Origin: Diplonema japonicum
Lineage: Eukaryota; Protista; Euglenozoa: Diplonemea
DNA: 64,000 nt
Assembly (NCBI GenBank): GCA_964019335.1
Contig: OZ025755.1
Span: forward strand, 124,001 to 188,000
Direction: 5' to 3'
The notes below the pieces were generated by a model. The model searched no databases and was not told the origin of the DNA. It saw only the letters and a program-made list of their open reading frames with translations. Shown one piece after another: positions 40,303-51,545 of the stretch (within the stretch, counting starts at the first letter, position 1; each line of letters starts with the position of its first letter). A program made the translations under genes and the position numbers.

Positions 40303-42445
40303 CCCAGCCCAAGAAAAAGAAATAACAGGGATAAAAAAACCAAACTGGGAGGGGGTTTTTTTCTCCCTCCCATGTTGTTTTCCTTATTTTTTTCCCCCAA
40401 CCTTAATTTTCTTTTACTTGAGAAGGCAATGAGAGGACGACAAAGGGGAGGGGGGGGGGAGAATCAAATAGTAAAAAAAGGTTTAGAATTTGTTTTCATT
40501 TTTTTTTTCTTTTCCTTGTCTTGACATTGCATGTGTCGAGTAAACAGAGTGCAAATGTCGTGCTTCGGTTTTTTTTTTTTTTTTATCAGTAGAAAAAAAA
40601 GAAAAAGAAGAAGGAAAAGGTGTCCCCACGATTCCGTCGACCGTATTCGGGGACCTCATTTCAGTAACCATACAAGAGACAAGAGTGCATAAAAGCATTC
40701 ATAAAAGATTAGATAGCAAAGAGAGGTAACAACAGTATGTGGTTTTACGTATTAAGAGGTGCAGTTCAAAGACTGGCTTGTGTGTGTGTGTGTGTGTGGA
40801 TGCCATCTCCCTCTCCTCAGCCGATCCTTGGGCCGTTCCAGTGGTTGGTCCCGGGGAACCTCTTCAAGTCCAGACACTGCGCGTACCACTTGTTCTGGTA
40901 GTAGCACCCAGCCGGAGGAGCACAGCACTTCGGTGACCGCACGCAGTTGTCCCACAGGGGAACCCTGCGGGGGCACCTGGGGGGCGGGGCTTGTGTGACG
41001 ACAGGAGGTGTGGTGGCAGTTGGCTCTGGGGTGTTGGGGACAGTCGTATCGGGGGCAGGTGTGGCTGGTGCAGAGGTGTCTGGAACCGTGGTGTCAGGAT
41101 GGGGGGTGGCTGGTGCAGAAGTATCGGGTGTAGAGGTGTCGGGGTGGGGGGTGGTGGGTGCAGCTGTGTCCGGAACCGAGGTGTCAGGATGAGGGGTGGC
41201 AGGGTGAGGGGTATCGGGAGCAGCGGTGTCTGGTGCAGGTGTGCGGGGTGCTTGGGTGGGAACAGGTGTCTCGGGGACAACGGGAGCAGGTGTGGCTGGT
41301 GCAGGTGTGCGGGGTGCAATAGTGTCAGGGTGGGGGGTGGCTGGTGCGGCTGTGTCAGGTGCAGTTGTTTTCGGAGCCAGGGTCGGCTCAGCTGTGGGCT
41401 CGGGTGTAGGGAGGGGTGTCGGTGCAGTTGGGGTCCTGCCACAGGTGTTGCTGATGGCGAAGGAGTCATGCTCGGTGGCGTGTCGCCCCACGAGGTACCG
41501 GCACCTCCCACCCTCACCGGATTCGGGAAGGTCGCACACAAAGACCCCAACCGTCTCCCTCCCCACCGACTGGGTGTACCTCTTCTGGATCCAGGACCTG
41601 CGGGCGGACGGGCCGTCCCTGTCGAGGGCTCGGTTCCAGCCCCCCAGACCGGAGACCACGAACATCGACTCCCCGCACGAGAGCTCCACCTTGTTGGGAA
41701 AGCTGTTCGGCGACACCCTCTTCGAGGAGAAGCTGCTGAGGAGCTTCGTCCTGCTGTACAGGTGGTTGTGCCCCGCCACGATGAAGGCCCCGTTCCTTCG
41801 ACAGGCGTCGAAGGCCCGCGACAGCCCGTAAACCTTGGGGTAGCGGTGGCCTGCCTGGTAGGTCCCCTCGGGGCGGTGCCACATGCACACCCTCCAAGGC
41901 TCCGTGCTCCCAGCGAAAGACTTGTCGATGAAGTCCGCAGCAGGCTTCGTGGTCCTCGAGTTCTCGTACCAGTTCCGGGGCCAGCTCGGAGAGAACTCGT
42001 CCCACCCGATCATCACCATGTGGACCCCTCGAAACCTGCACGACATCCACAACCCGTAGTCCGTCTTCAAGTTGTTGTTCCTCCCCGTGCACGCCTCCCG
42101 CAGCTCCTTCGTCATCTTGTTGTACAGCATGCTCTGGTAGCCGAAAGGCCCGCCCCACTTCTTCGTGTCGTGGTTCCCGCTCGTCATCAACACGTGCTCC
42201 TTCCCGTGGCCGAACCAGTGCGAGTTCAGGAAGCGCTCCCAGTTTCCAGGGTTGTTCGTGTAGTCGAAGTCCCCGTTTTGCATCACGAGGTCAACCCCGT
42301 CCTCCCGCATCAGCTTGTAGGCCAGCCCTGCACTTGACTTGTCGCTCGTGTCCCCGATGAAGCCTATTTTCAAGCAGCTGCAACCGGGCAGCAGCACCGA
42401 CAGCAACGGGAGCAGAAGCACTGTGACTCGCATTCTCGAAAAAAA
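40303..42445. repeat. ~2.1-kb segmental duplication, copy 2
   Basis: Matches 24871-27010. Confidence 0.95.
40817..42433 (-). CDS. Secreted metallophosphoesterase + Pro/Thr linker + CBM1-like domain, copy 2
   Basis: Translation identical to 25383-26999. Confidence 0.88.
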   Translation of the reverse strand: MRVTVLLLPLLSVLLPGCSCLKIGFIGDTSDKSSAGLAYKLMREDGVDLVMQNGDFDYTNNPGNWERFLNSHWFGHGKEHVLMTSGNHDTKKWGGPFGYQSMLYNKMTKELREACTGRNNNLKTDYGLWMSCRFRGVHMVMIGWDEFSPSWPRNWYENSRTTKPAADFIDKSFAGSTEPWRVCMWHRPEGTYQAGHRYPKVYGLSRAFDACRRNGAFIVAGHNHLYSRTKLLSSFSSKRVSPNSFPNKVELSCGESMFVVSGLGGWNRALDRDGPSARRSWIQKRYTQSVGRETVGVFVCDLPESGEGGRCRYLVGRHATEHDSFAISNTCGRTPTAPTPLPTPEPTAEPTLAPKTTAPDTAAPATPHPDTIAPRTPAPATPAPVVPETPVPTQAPRTPAPDTAAPDTPHPATPHPDTSVPDTAAPTTPHPDTSTPDTSAPATPHPDTTVPDTSAPATPAPDTTVPNTPEPTATTPPVVTQAPPPRCPRRVPLWDNCVRSPKCCAPPAGCYYQNKWYAQCLDLKRFPGTNHWNGPRIG

Positions 42446-42766
42446 AAAAGAAAAAAAAAAAACAGTGGAACAGAAAGGTGTGGTGTGGGTATAAAACCTG
42501 TGGTGCGGGTACAGTAGAGCTGCGCACAGCGGAGAGATAAATTGAAAAAAAAGAGAAAGAAGAAAAACAACACACACACCCCTCTCTCGCTCACTCTCCT
42601 CCCTCTCTTCCTCGCTTTCCCTAGCTCGAAAAGAAGGATAATAATACGGAGAACCGCAATTATCAAAGGATTGGTATAAAAGGGGATAAAATAAATGTAA
42701 GAAGAAATAAAAAGAGAGGGGGGGGGGGGAACCAAGAAGGCGTACATACAAAGAAGACAAGGGTCC

Positions 42767-44035
42767 TTACGCGGAAGCAGGTTTGCTTGATAAAGGAAAA
42801 TAGGAAAGGGACATGCCAGGATTTTCGGGGGGGTCCCCGGTGAAGTATCTGAAGCAGCGGTCGGCCCTCCTTGACCATCGGTCCTCCATGCTTGTTATTC
42901 GTTTCGCTTCGAGTTTGTGTTGCTCCATCCTGTGGGCCAAAGCATTAGTGGCCTGTTGCTGTTGTTTCTCTTGAATCCGCTGGCTTCGGAGGAGATGCAT
43001 CTGTTTTATGTGGTTTTCTTTTGCGGCGGTCCGTTTTTCGGCGTTTTTGTAATCTCGCATAATCGCGCGTGTGTTCTTCTCTACGTTCTGGTCCACTCGC
43101 TCGAGACGGGCTCTCTCGTTTTGTTTCTTGTGTTCCAGCTCTTCTTTTTTGCGGGATTGTAAATCCTGCAATCGTTGAGTGCGTTTGAGCTCTCTATCCT
43201 TGAAGGTCTTTGATGCAGTTTCAAAGGCTGTAGCTTCGTCGTACCTGGCGTGTGCTTCTTTTCTACCTAGTTCCGTTTTTCTAATCCCGTTTAAACGGTC
43301 TTGTTCCACTTTTGCAAGTCTTCTTGACCATTCGACCTTCCGCAGCTCTCTGGTGGTGTCCTTTTCTTCTTCTTTCATGCGGTTTTCCTTGGCAAGCCTT
43401 TCCAGTCTGAGTTGTGTGGAAACACGTTTCTCTGTGTTGGCCCGTTCCCTCAAATGTGTTTCTTCCCTCTTCTTCTCCTCGATCATGGTTATCTTCTTGT
43501 CTCTCTGTTTCTGTTGCGCCATCGCCTTCGTGAGTTCTGAGATACCATCGTTATGCATCTTGAGTTTGCTGTTCTCGTGCTTGTCAAGCCATTTTTTCGC
43601 GGTGTCCTTCATCTCTTCTTTTAGGTCTCTCTTGTGTCGGGTTAGTTGTTGAGCGTGTTCCTTGTGCTTTTTTGTTTGGTAGTCTTCCCATTTTTGCTCC
43701 TTTTCCACCTGTAGCTGGACCGCCCTGTCGCGAACGTCCTTACGGTGCTTTTCCACCTTTGTGTCGTGGTGTCTCGACACCTGCTCCAAGTTGCGAAACA
43801 TCACAAGAAGCTTCTTTCTGTCGCCATCCTTGTAGGTCGGTGTGTGATATGTAGGGCTGACGCTTTCATCCAGAGTTCTTTGCAGCAACCTCAGCCTGTC
43901 CCTTATACTCTTTGCAACCCCGGGTGTGTCAGGAGACAACGGGGCGTTGTAATCAGTCCGGTTGGCAAACTTGCTTTTCTTTTTGCATTCTTTCTCGCCG
44001 TCCCCAGACTGACAGGTTATGTCCGGGCTCAACAT
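42767..44035 (-). CDS. Coiled-coil hypothetical protein
   Basis: K/E/R/Q-rich helical ORF; start placed at MLSPD after an A-tract. Confidence 0.8.
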   Translation of the reverse strand: MLSPDITCQSGDGEKECKKKSKFANRTDYNAPLSPDTPGVAKSIRDRLRLLQRTLDESVSPTYHTPTYKDGDRKKLLVMFRNLEQVSRHHDTKVEKHRKDVRDRAVQLQVEKEQKWEDYQTKKHKEHAQQLTRHKRDLKEEMKDTAKKWLDKHENSKLKMHNDGISELTKAMAQQKQRDKKITMIEEKKREETHLRERANTEKRVSTQLRLERLAKENRMKEEEKDTTRELRKVEWSRRLAKVEQDRLNGIRKTELGRKEAHARYDEATAFETASKTFKDRELKRTQRLQDLQSRKKEELEHKKQNERARLERVDQNVEKNTRAIMRDYKNAEKRTAAKENHIKQMHLLRSQRIQEKQQQQATNALAHRMEQHKLEAKRITSMEDRWSRRADRCFRYFTGDPPENPGMSLSYFPLSSKPASA

Positions 44036-44210
44036 TTTTTTTCTTCCCCCCCACCCCACCCCTCTTGTGGCGATTAATGAGACAATAAAAATTGAGAAAG
44101 CCAATGTGACACACACAAAAAAAAAAGTGGAGAAAAATTCTGGTGGAAACCGAGTATTCACATTTCTTTTTTAGGGGGGGGGTTTAAGGGGATAGGGGAG
44201 GGAACTACAG

Positions 44211-47200
44211 TTACTCTCCATTTAGACCTTGGTAAATGGCAAACAGATCCACGCCAGCTACGTTTCTCTTGAGATAGACAGGGTTGTGCGTGATCTCAGG
44301 TTGGGCGACAAGATTTTCATACATGGTTTTGAGCGGGGTCCAAGGAGTAACAGTGGCGATTTCTTCAAATATGTTGCACACGATGAGGAAGTTCCCACTG
44401 GACGTGAAACGGGGGACCAAGATGGAGTTGGCACCCGAAGACCCGGATTTTGCATCCTCACGAGGACCCTTTGGAAGACTGCAAACCGTGCAGCAAGTGA
44501 AGTCCTTCAAGTTCAACACCGTCAGCTCCCTCTCCTTGATAAACACATAAAGCGAAGCATCCGTTGGGTGCGCACAACCAGCAAGACCCAACAACGATCC
44601 ATCATCGATCTCAAACCTCATGGATGACCCAGAGTACACTGTCAATGACGCACCACAAGTCACCGAGAACCCGTTTTGAACGGAAAAATCGACCGGGTTA
44701 CCGCCAAGCTGCGTCTCGGAGAACCCTGTCCCATCTGTCCAGGTTAAGAGCAGGCCGTCCTCCAACAGTACATGGTATGCGTTCTTCGAGGTTTGCATTG
44801 AAACCGGTGCTTTCCCGAGAGTCGAAATGGACTCCGTCGCCGAAGGTGCGGTTAAACCCCCAATAGTTACAGTGAACGTCCCTTCCTCTGTTACACGTGC
44901 TACGGTACCTGTTGTTATGTTGCCGGCTGCGGCGAAGCCGAGAACCTGTTTTTTCGCGACGTAGAAGGCAAGCTCGGTGCTGGTCGCCGTGCCTTGCGCG
45001 TCGACAAGCGAACCGTCTGAGCACAGGACGCTGCCCCGTTCGCCCTTCAGAACAACAATTCGGAACCCGGCTGCTGTTTTTCCCGTAGTGGAGTACACGA
45101 TTTTGTTGTTGCTTTCAAATTCTGTTCCGCCGGTCCAGCAGCTCACGAACACCGCCCCATCTCTCTCAGATACTGTGTAGATGTCATCGGAAAACTCACA
45201 GGTAGCGACCTGCGCGATCAAAACGGGGATTTCTAAGGGAACCGGTGCGGGTTCAATACGCTTTTCTTGACAGACGCGATATTCCAAAATGGGTTTGAAC
45301 ACGTTCTCGCACCCGCTTGGGATCAGGTCCACCGGGCTCGCCCCGCTGCTGTCCAACGCATACAGCGAGCTCCCGAGCTTCAAGAGATATGTTATGATGG
45401 GACCGATCTCCTCTTCGTGGAGGGACCCTCCACTCATGCAGGCGAGGTGGAGGGCGGTCTTGTTATCCTTGCATTGGTACGATTTCGATATCAAGCCAGA
45501 GCGTATCCCTAATAGCATTCTGTTCAACACGAATTTCCAGTTTCGCTGTGGTGGATTTTGCGTGGAGTATCTTCCTATGAAGCCCCGGAGGGTCTCCTTC
45601 GCAACGCACGGTTTTGCGCTGGGCAGCATCGGCGAGAGCACGGAAGGCTGCGCCGTGGGGAGGTTTGCCCCGGCATGCAAAAGGTTGAGCTTTACGAACT
45701 GATCGGTCACGGCGAGCTGTATCGAAACGTACAGCTCTGAAAAATCGTAACACACAACCGTTTTGTAGAACAGATTCTGCCGGAGAAGGTGCCGTCCGGT
45801 ACACGTGAACATTGTCTTGTTACCCCCGACGAGGTTGTTGGTTTCTTTTTCCCCGTCCAATACTGCCTGTCGTTGCTCTGCTCCCGACGGGGCGACCACA
45901 CATACAGCGGCTGCTATCCTGCTGTTCAAGTGAAAAGCAACAAGCTCCGTGTCGTGGATAACCACTAGAATCGGTTCCTTCGGGTGAAAACTCATAGGTG
46001 ACACATCCTGACATCCACACGGGTCGTCTGCAATCCTCCACAACATTGCAAACTCCACGGATTCTTCCGTTGCCTCAACAGAGAAAACCATGACCTCCCG
46101 CGGCTTCGCGATTGCTACAAATGTCGTCTCGTAGTAAGCAGCTTTCAGGTCAATCAACTGGGTTTCCACGTCCGGGATCATTCCCGTCACCTCCAACTGC
46201 GATCCGCGGTGGGAGAACGCGAGTATTTCGGAGTTCCACAGTACAAAGTGCAACCCTCCGGATCCTTTGTTGCACCACGCACTGGCAACGCACGGAAGCT
46301 GATCGTTCTGGTCGGACGGGTTCAACGGAATCTTAACAAGCGACCCGAGCTTCAAAAGCATGGAAAGATATTTCGCCCGGTTCCCGTCGTCGTGGGTCAG
46401 CATCGGTATTCTCAGAATCTTTATAGTGTCGACACCATCTTCGAGCGTGTGGTAGCACGCTGTTCCTTTCATGTCGCCCCAGTCTTGCGTACCTCCTGTA
46501 GTGTGCAGGGAGTCGGCTACATCGGGTCCCCACAGTATCGACAGGCAGTTCACAACGTTAGAAGACTCAAGCTGCATGGTTAACGCGTCGCTTGCAAGGT
46601 TCCCCGTTCTTCTGATTATGTGAAGAACACCTTCGAATATTAGAAAGTCCAGCGGGGTATCGCCATGGATCTCCTTAGTGAAGGGGACTGTTGTGAACGC
46701 CTCGGTGTCCAACTTGTGCAACGCGTCACCCGTCGCGACAATTTCCTTTTTACCGGAGTCGACACATATTGAAAGGATCGCCCATGGGGCCGTTGTTGCA
46801 TCACGAATCTCACACGCCTCCCGCGTTGCTACCGAAGGGTCCACACACAACACATAATATATGGAATTGCACACCGCACTCGGTTGTATGTGAACAACGA
46901 TGTGATCCTCATTGAGAAGCTCCGTTGGCAGAGGAGGTGGGACCATCTTCGAGCAAGCTTGATCGTGAAACGTTTCGATCGCGCGAGACAAGTATGTTTT
47001 ATTACTTCCCGGTGAGGTGAGTACATCGCAAGGCCGCTTGCGGGTAGCATCGCACATGTGAATGCTGGATCCCTTTTGCAACAGCCACAGCATGACCTTT
47101 AATGCCTCTGCGCGTTCTGTCGCATCGCAAATGGAAGTGATGATGTGTAAGGCGGTGCGTCCTTCCGAGTCTTGGAAGTTCGGGTGGATGAGCCTCGCCT

Positions 47201-50200
47201 CGATCGCATCGATGAGGCAAAACAATTCTTCACGCTGCTCTCTAATTGAGAGAGAGGCGGTTGCAAAGCGTCGCAACGTACCTTTGAGTTCCATTCTCCT
47301 TGGCGGGCGGGCATCTTCGACGGAAGGGTCGTGAGCGATAGGGAGGATCGCGACGTTGTCGGTGCAGCCTAGCCGACGAAGGGTCTTCACAATGTCGCAC
47401 CAGGAGTACACAACGAAGGTGTGGTAGAAAGCGTTTGCGCGTATCATGTAGACGCCATTCGCGCTGAAGGAGATAAGCTGCGGTCCTGAGATGCGGGTGT
47501 CACCGACCCCGTCGCCTTCCTCGCCTTTTCTCTTCAGTTCCAGGCTTGACAGGGTCAACCCTGTGATGGTCTTCAACTCATCGGTGGCTGTGTCGCAACA
47601 ACATAACACCCCTTCCTTGATGAAGACCAACAGACCTGTTTCTATAGGGTGGAACGCACCGTCCGTTGCCTCTGCCAGCGGGTCGCCTCCCGGGATCTCC
47701 ATCACCGGACGCAGTTCATCCTCTCCTCCGTTCACGTGTGTTTTATATATTTCCACAGCTTTGCTGAAACGCGCGACCACGATGTTTCCCGAATCGTCGC
47801 ACGACATGGCACACCCACAGCACGCGCCTTCCGACTGCACTCTAGTTGACACAAGGGAAATCACCTCTCTTGTCGGGCAGTGAAGGTACCCCACTGTCTG
47901 CCCGTCGGTTTGAGGGTATTCAAGCATGCTAGCGATGTATCCGCCTTGGGCTCTCGGGGTGTGCAGAGATGCCATCCTTGCAGGGATTGCATCATGGTGG
48001 AGTTCTATTGACGTGCAGAAGATGCCAGGCGAGCCCCACGCGAGGTTGATCGACGTTTGCAGGAATTCAAGCATGGTCTTCGCCTCCCTGTTGAACGGGA
48101 AGAGGACCGACGAAAGGAGCAAGACCTTAAGTATACGCTTGCCCTCGTTGAGTGTAATCGCACCAACGGTTCCTAAGATCTGGTCATCGGTCGTGTTGCG
48201 GCGATGGATCGCCGATGCTGACATGCAGAAACCGTATGGCGAGCCGAGCTGGACATCTGCTGTCAAATCCGTCTGGCACTCATGGATGACAGGTGCGGCT
48301 GCGGGTCCTTTTGAGAATTCAACCTTCAACAGCGTCCCATCTGAGATCAAAATGAAGTCCTTGTCGTGCGTGCCGTGCAGCACGTCGGAATACGGGAAAA
48401 CCACCATCCTCGTATGGTCCGGAAAGGAACAGATCTCAGCGGAGAACTGCCGTTCGATGTTCAGAACAAATAGCTTCTTCCTGGTCGGGGAGATGAAGTA
48501 CACGACACCCTCGAGGCTTGCCGAGCAAACCGTCTCTGCCGAGGGTTCATCCAGCTCGGCTACCGGGGAGAGATCACCATTGGACCAGCTTGTCTGTGAA
48601 GCCCGGTACTCCAATACACATGACAGCGATGTTGTTATCCCAATGAAACTCGCCCCACCGCTAAGCACAATGTCCAACGGCCTCACCGATTTAGCGTCGC
48701 ACGCGTAGAGGTTCGAACCGTGACGGAGCAGCCACACAACGACTGCCCCAGCTTGTTTTGATAAGTCAAGATCTGCCGCACCGCACAGTTCTGCTGCGAT
48801 GTGTAAAGCGGTTCGCCCGTCTGCGTCGCGAAAGGAAGGCGGGACCATGCCGCGGTGCATCCCTTCGCAAAGAACGGACAGCATCCCCAACAGCTTCGGA
48901 ACCCCGGCTCCCAGACTCCTTCCCTGCCGTAAATGATCTCGCAACAGCTTCTTCGGGATACACCTCGAAACGGACAATCCCTGCCGGACGCTCATCACGG
49001 TGTGGTCGCACGACACCCCACGGCTCTGCTTGTCGATGATCCTCTGTATCTCGCTCCAGTTATACACCGCAATGGTCTTCAGCAACGTGTTGTAACGATA
49101 GAAAAGAGACCCGTTCCGCGAGAAGTGAACCTGCTGCACGCCCGACACAGTGTCGTCGCCTGTGTCCTGGCTACGCGCCGCCTCATGAGAAGTCAGCCTG
49201 ATGGGGCCGATGGCATTGAACTGCTTGGTCTTAAGAGAGTACCAACAGAGAATCCCGTCCCGTATCAAGACCAGCATTTCTGGCATTGCAGGGTGGAAGG
49301 AACCGTGGATTTCTTCAAGACCCCTGGGGATGTGAACCTCGGTGACTGGCGGGTCGCTGGACGGAAGCTGCCGGTTCACAAAGATCTCATGCGACATGCA
49401 GACAAACCCTTGTGAAACAGACCCAGGCAAAACACTCTGCGGGGTTGCAACGTGCGTGCACAGGGTGTCTAGCACGGGTGCGTTCAACGCAGGCGGTCCG
49501 TCGTGGGGGCTCGATGGTTGCACTTCTTCCACGGGAGGAGTTTGTTCCTCGTTGTGGCCTATGCCGACGAACATGAAGTCCTTCTCCTTTATCCTGTACA
49601 CCCCGTAGGCCCCGCTGTCCATTCCGAATACGTTAAGCTCCCTGTTCCCCCCGACGGCACCGACCGTGTACCCTTCAGGTACTTCCTTCTCTGAATAGAA
49701 ATCGTCGAAGTCGAGGTTGGCCATCGTTCGCCTCCCTTGCGAGATGTCAGAGATAAGTGTGAATGCGGCTGCCAGTTGTTCTAGTGGACACACCATTGGC
49801 CGGATTGGGTCGAGTTCCGGGATGTGGTAGATTTGGATCGATCCGCTTTCCGAAACCTTAGAGAATACCCCTATGAAAGACGGTGCTGGTGCTTCGTGAA
49901 CTGTGACAGGGTCAGCTGCGGCTCGGGTCGACGTGGGTTCGGGTTCTTCCGTCGCATTCTCACTGACCCCATGCGGGAAGGACAGAAATCTTTTCGTGAA
50001 GGATATCGACGGGTCTTCCACCACTGCGGCTGTTTTTTCTCTGTGCACTTTCGACTCCTCTTCCAATCCTTGGATCTCGGCCTTCATGTCCTTTAAGTAC
50101 GACGGGTGTAGACGGCAGTTTCTTGTGGTCCTCTCGACGGCTGACTTCCCAGCAGGGCCTCCCAACGCCTCTTCAACCCATGTTAGAGAGGCGAGGTTAT

Positions 50201-51281
50201 CCTTAAACGTAAATGGTGTTTGAAGGTGACGAACAGTCAGTTCAGGGGTGCTAGTTTGGACTGATAAGAGAACACCGTTTCCTAGAAGGATGAGGTCGAA
50301 GACTTTTTGGCTGATGTCGCGGTGATAGGGAATGACGTAGAAGTCTCCATTGACAACATTGTGAAGAACGGTTGATATGTTGCTGGTCACGTCCCTGCAG
50401 CACAGTGCGCCGGAGCATCTCGAGTGGAAGTAAACAAGTGTTTCCGACACCGACGATACGGACATCCTCGTTATGGAATCGTGCTGGATCTCGTTCGACG
50501 CCAACGGAAGGAAAGCGGTATTCATCTTACCCTGCAGGCTCTCCGTGTACTCCTCCATGATTCTCATGGCAGTGTTCCTCTCGTCGCTGATAGACAATCC
50601 CCTAGCAATGTCCACCGCAGATACCCCGGTAACATCTGTCACATGGGGGTTCCCACCTGTTTCCAACAGCAAGGCAAGCCTTTCCCTTACAACACCTTCA
50701 GAGAAGTACGCTGAGGTACGTATGGTCAATGCCAAGGGTGTCGTTCCCGACGCATCCGGTGCGTTGATCGGGATCCGTCCTTCTTCTATCGCGACAATCA
50801 TGTTTGCGCGGGCTTTCTCGGCGTCTTGCCATTCAAGTTCTGATGTTTTCATGCACTTGTGGATCTCCAGGGTGTATCGCGCCATAGTGCTTTTGATGAC
50901 AACGGGTTTCATGAATTTCTGTTTGAGCACCAAGGTGTGGACGACGGAAGGATCTGTACCTGCACCGCCACACGCTTCACGGAGTTTCCATCCTAAGCCT
51001 TCTAGTTGGGTGAGGATTGTTAGAATTACCGTCGTGGATTTCAGGACCGGGTCCATGAAGGCGCCGGGGAACTTCACCACCCAGGACGAGGCGGGTTTTT
51101 CCCGCATTTCGCACCAACCCCCTCCGGCCTTGCACTCCAGATCAGAGGCCACCGCGGCCTTGATCTTCAACACTGTCCTGCTCTCGATCGGTCCTGCAAA
51201 GTACAGCGCTGGCGGTGCCGTGCTGAGTGTGATGATCAACGTGTTGCTTTCCCTTTCATTCGACTTCTGCGGCGGTTCCAT
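44211..51281 (-). CDS. 2356-aa protein with four tandem [ankyrin + beta-propeller-like] modules
   Basis: Ankyrin motifs DASGTTPL, DADGRTALH, DSEGRTALH and KDNKTALH, each followed ~450-550 aa later by FHP..L+++...F+..G..+.R.N...T..VY.W. Confidence 0.85.
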   Translation of the reverse strand: MEPPQKSNERESNTLIITLSTAPPALYFAGPIESRTVLKIKAAVASDLECKAGGGWCEMREKPASSWVVKFPGAFMDPVLKSTTVILTILTQLEGLGWKLREACGGAGTDPSVVHTLVLKQKFMKPVVIKSTMARYTLEIHKCMKTSELEWQDAEKARANMIVAIEEGRIPINAPDASGTTPLALTIRTSAYFSEGVVRERLALLLETGGNPHVTDVTGVSAVDIARGLSISDERNTAMRIMEEYTESLQGKMNTAFLPLASNEIQHDSITRMSVSSVSETLVYFHSRCSGALCCRDVTSNISTVLHNVVNGDFYVIPYHRDISQKVFDLILLGNGVLLSVQTSTPELTVRHLQTPFTFKDNLASLTWVEEALGGPAGKSAVERTTRNCRLHPSYLKDMKAEIQGLEEESKVHREKTAAVVEDPSISFTKRFLSFPHGVSENATEEPEPTSTRAAADPVTVHEAPAPSFIGVFSKVSESGSIQIYHIPELDPIRPMVCPLEQLAAAFTLISDISQGRRTMANLDFDDFYSEKEVPEGYTVGAVGGNRELNVFGMDSGAYGVYRIKEKDFMFVGIGHNEEQTPPVEEVQPSSPHDGPPALNAPVLDTLCTHVATPQSVLPGSVSQGFVCMSHEIFVNRQLPSSDPPVTEVHIPRGLEEIHGSFHPAMPEMLVLIRDGILCWYSLKTKQFNAIGPIRLTSHEAARSQDTGDDTVSGVQQVHFSRNGSLFYRYNTLLKTIAVYNWSEIQRIIDKQSRGVSCDHTVMSVRQGLSVSRCIPKKLLRDHLRQGRSLGAGVPKLLGMLSVLCEGMHRGMVPPSFRDADGRTALHIAAELCGAADLDLSKQAGAVVVWLLRHGSNLYACDAKSVRPLDIVLSGGASFIGITTSLSCVLEYRASQTSWSNGDLSPVAELDEPSAETVCSASLEGVVYFISPTRKKLFVLNIERQFSAEICSFPDHTRMVVFPYSDVLHGTHDKDFILISDGTLLKVEFSKGPAAAPVIHECQTDLTADVQLGSPYGFCMSASAIHRRNTTDDQILGTVGAITLNEGKRILKVLLLSSVLFPFNREAKTMLEFLQTSINLAWGSPGIFCTSIELHHDAIPARMASLHTPRAQGGYIASMLEYPQTDGQTVGYLHCPTREVISLVSTRVQSEGACCGCAMSCDDSGNIVVARFSKAVEIYKTHVNGGEDELRPVMEIPGGDPLAEATDGAFHPIETGLLVFIKEGVLCCCDTATDELKTITGLTLSSLELKRKGEEGDGVGDTRISGPQLISFSANGVYMIRANAFYHTFVVYSWCDIVKTLRRLGCTDNVAILPIAHDPSVEDARPPRRMELKGTLRRFATASLSIREQREELFCLIDAIEARLIHPNFQDSEGRTALHIITSICDATERAEALKVMLWLLQKGSSIHMCDATRKRPCDVLTSPGSNKTYLSRAIETFHDQACSKMVPPPLPTELLNEDHIVVHIQPSAVCNSIYYVLCVDPSVATREACEIRDATTAPWAILSICVDSGKKEIVATGDALHKLDTEAFTTVPFTKEIHGDTPLDFLIFEGVLHIIRRTGNLASDALTMQLESSNVVNCLSILWGPDVADSLHTTGGTQDWGDMKGTACYHTLEDGVDTIKILRIPMLTHDDGNRAKYLSMLLKLGSLVKIPLNPSDQNDQLPCVASAWCNKGSGGLHFVLWNSEILAFSHRGSQLEVTGMIPDVETQLIDLKAAYYETTFVAIAKPREVMVFSVEATEESVEFAMLWRIADDPCGCQDVSPMSFHPKEPILVVIHDTELVAFHLNSRIAAAVCVVAPSGAEQRQAVLDGEKETNNLVGGNKTMFTCTGRHLLRQNLFYKTVVCYDFSELYVSIQLAVTDQFVKLNLLHAGANLPTAQPSVLSPMLPSAKPCVAKETLRGFIGRYSTQNPPQRNWKFVLNRMLLGIRSGLISKSYQCKDNKTALHLACMSGGSLHEEEIGPIITYLLKLGSSLYALDSSGASPVDLIPSGCENVFKPILEYRVCQEKRIEPAPVPLEIPVLIAQVATCEFSDDIYTVSERDGAVFVSCWTGGTEFESNNKIVYSTTGKTAAGFRIVVLKGERGSVLCSDGSLVDAQGTATSTELAFYVAKKQVLGFAAAGNITTGTVARVTEEGTFTVTIGGLTAPSATESISTLGKAPVSMQTSKNAYHVLLEDGLLLTWTDGTGFSETQLGGNPVDFSVQNGFSVTCGASLTVYSGSSMRFEIDDGSLLGLAGCAHPTDASLYVFIKERELTVLNLKDFTCCTVCSLPKGPREDAKSGSSGANSILVPRFTSSGNFLIVCNIFEEIATVTPWTPLKTMYENLVAQPEITHNPVYLKRNVAGVDLFAIYQGLNGE

Positions 51282-51545
51282 TTTTTTTTTTGTTTGTTTG
51301 TTTGTGGGCCCGCGCCCCTCACCCACACTATCAGAAGGATAAAGGAAAGCAGAGCAGTCAAAAAAAAAAAAAAACGATAGATTAACCGATAGGTAAGAAA
51401 AAAAAGAAAAAGCGAAGAATACTCAAGGGGGGGGGGGGGGGAGGGCAAAACCTCAACCCTTGTATGGGAGAGAGAAAGAGAAGTGGTCGAGTTAAAAATT
51501 CTTTCGAAACATTCCCCCCCCCCTTTTTTTATATATTTTAACCGT

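Noticed and set aside
42434-42760. ORF-track N-terminal extensions (also 3028-3093, 22573-22698, 27000-27146, 37425-37508, 44036-44161, 51282-51326, 60329-60436)
   Set aside because: They run through low-complexity UTR sequence. Downstream ATGs follow A-tracts or start signal peptides, and the duplicated gene copies agree only from the inner ATG.
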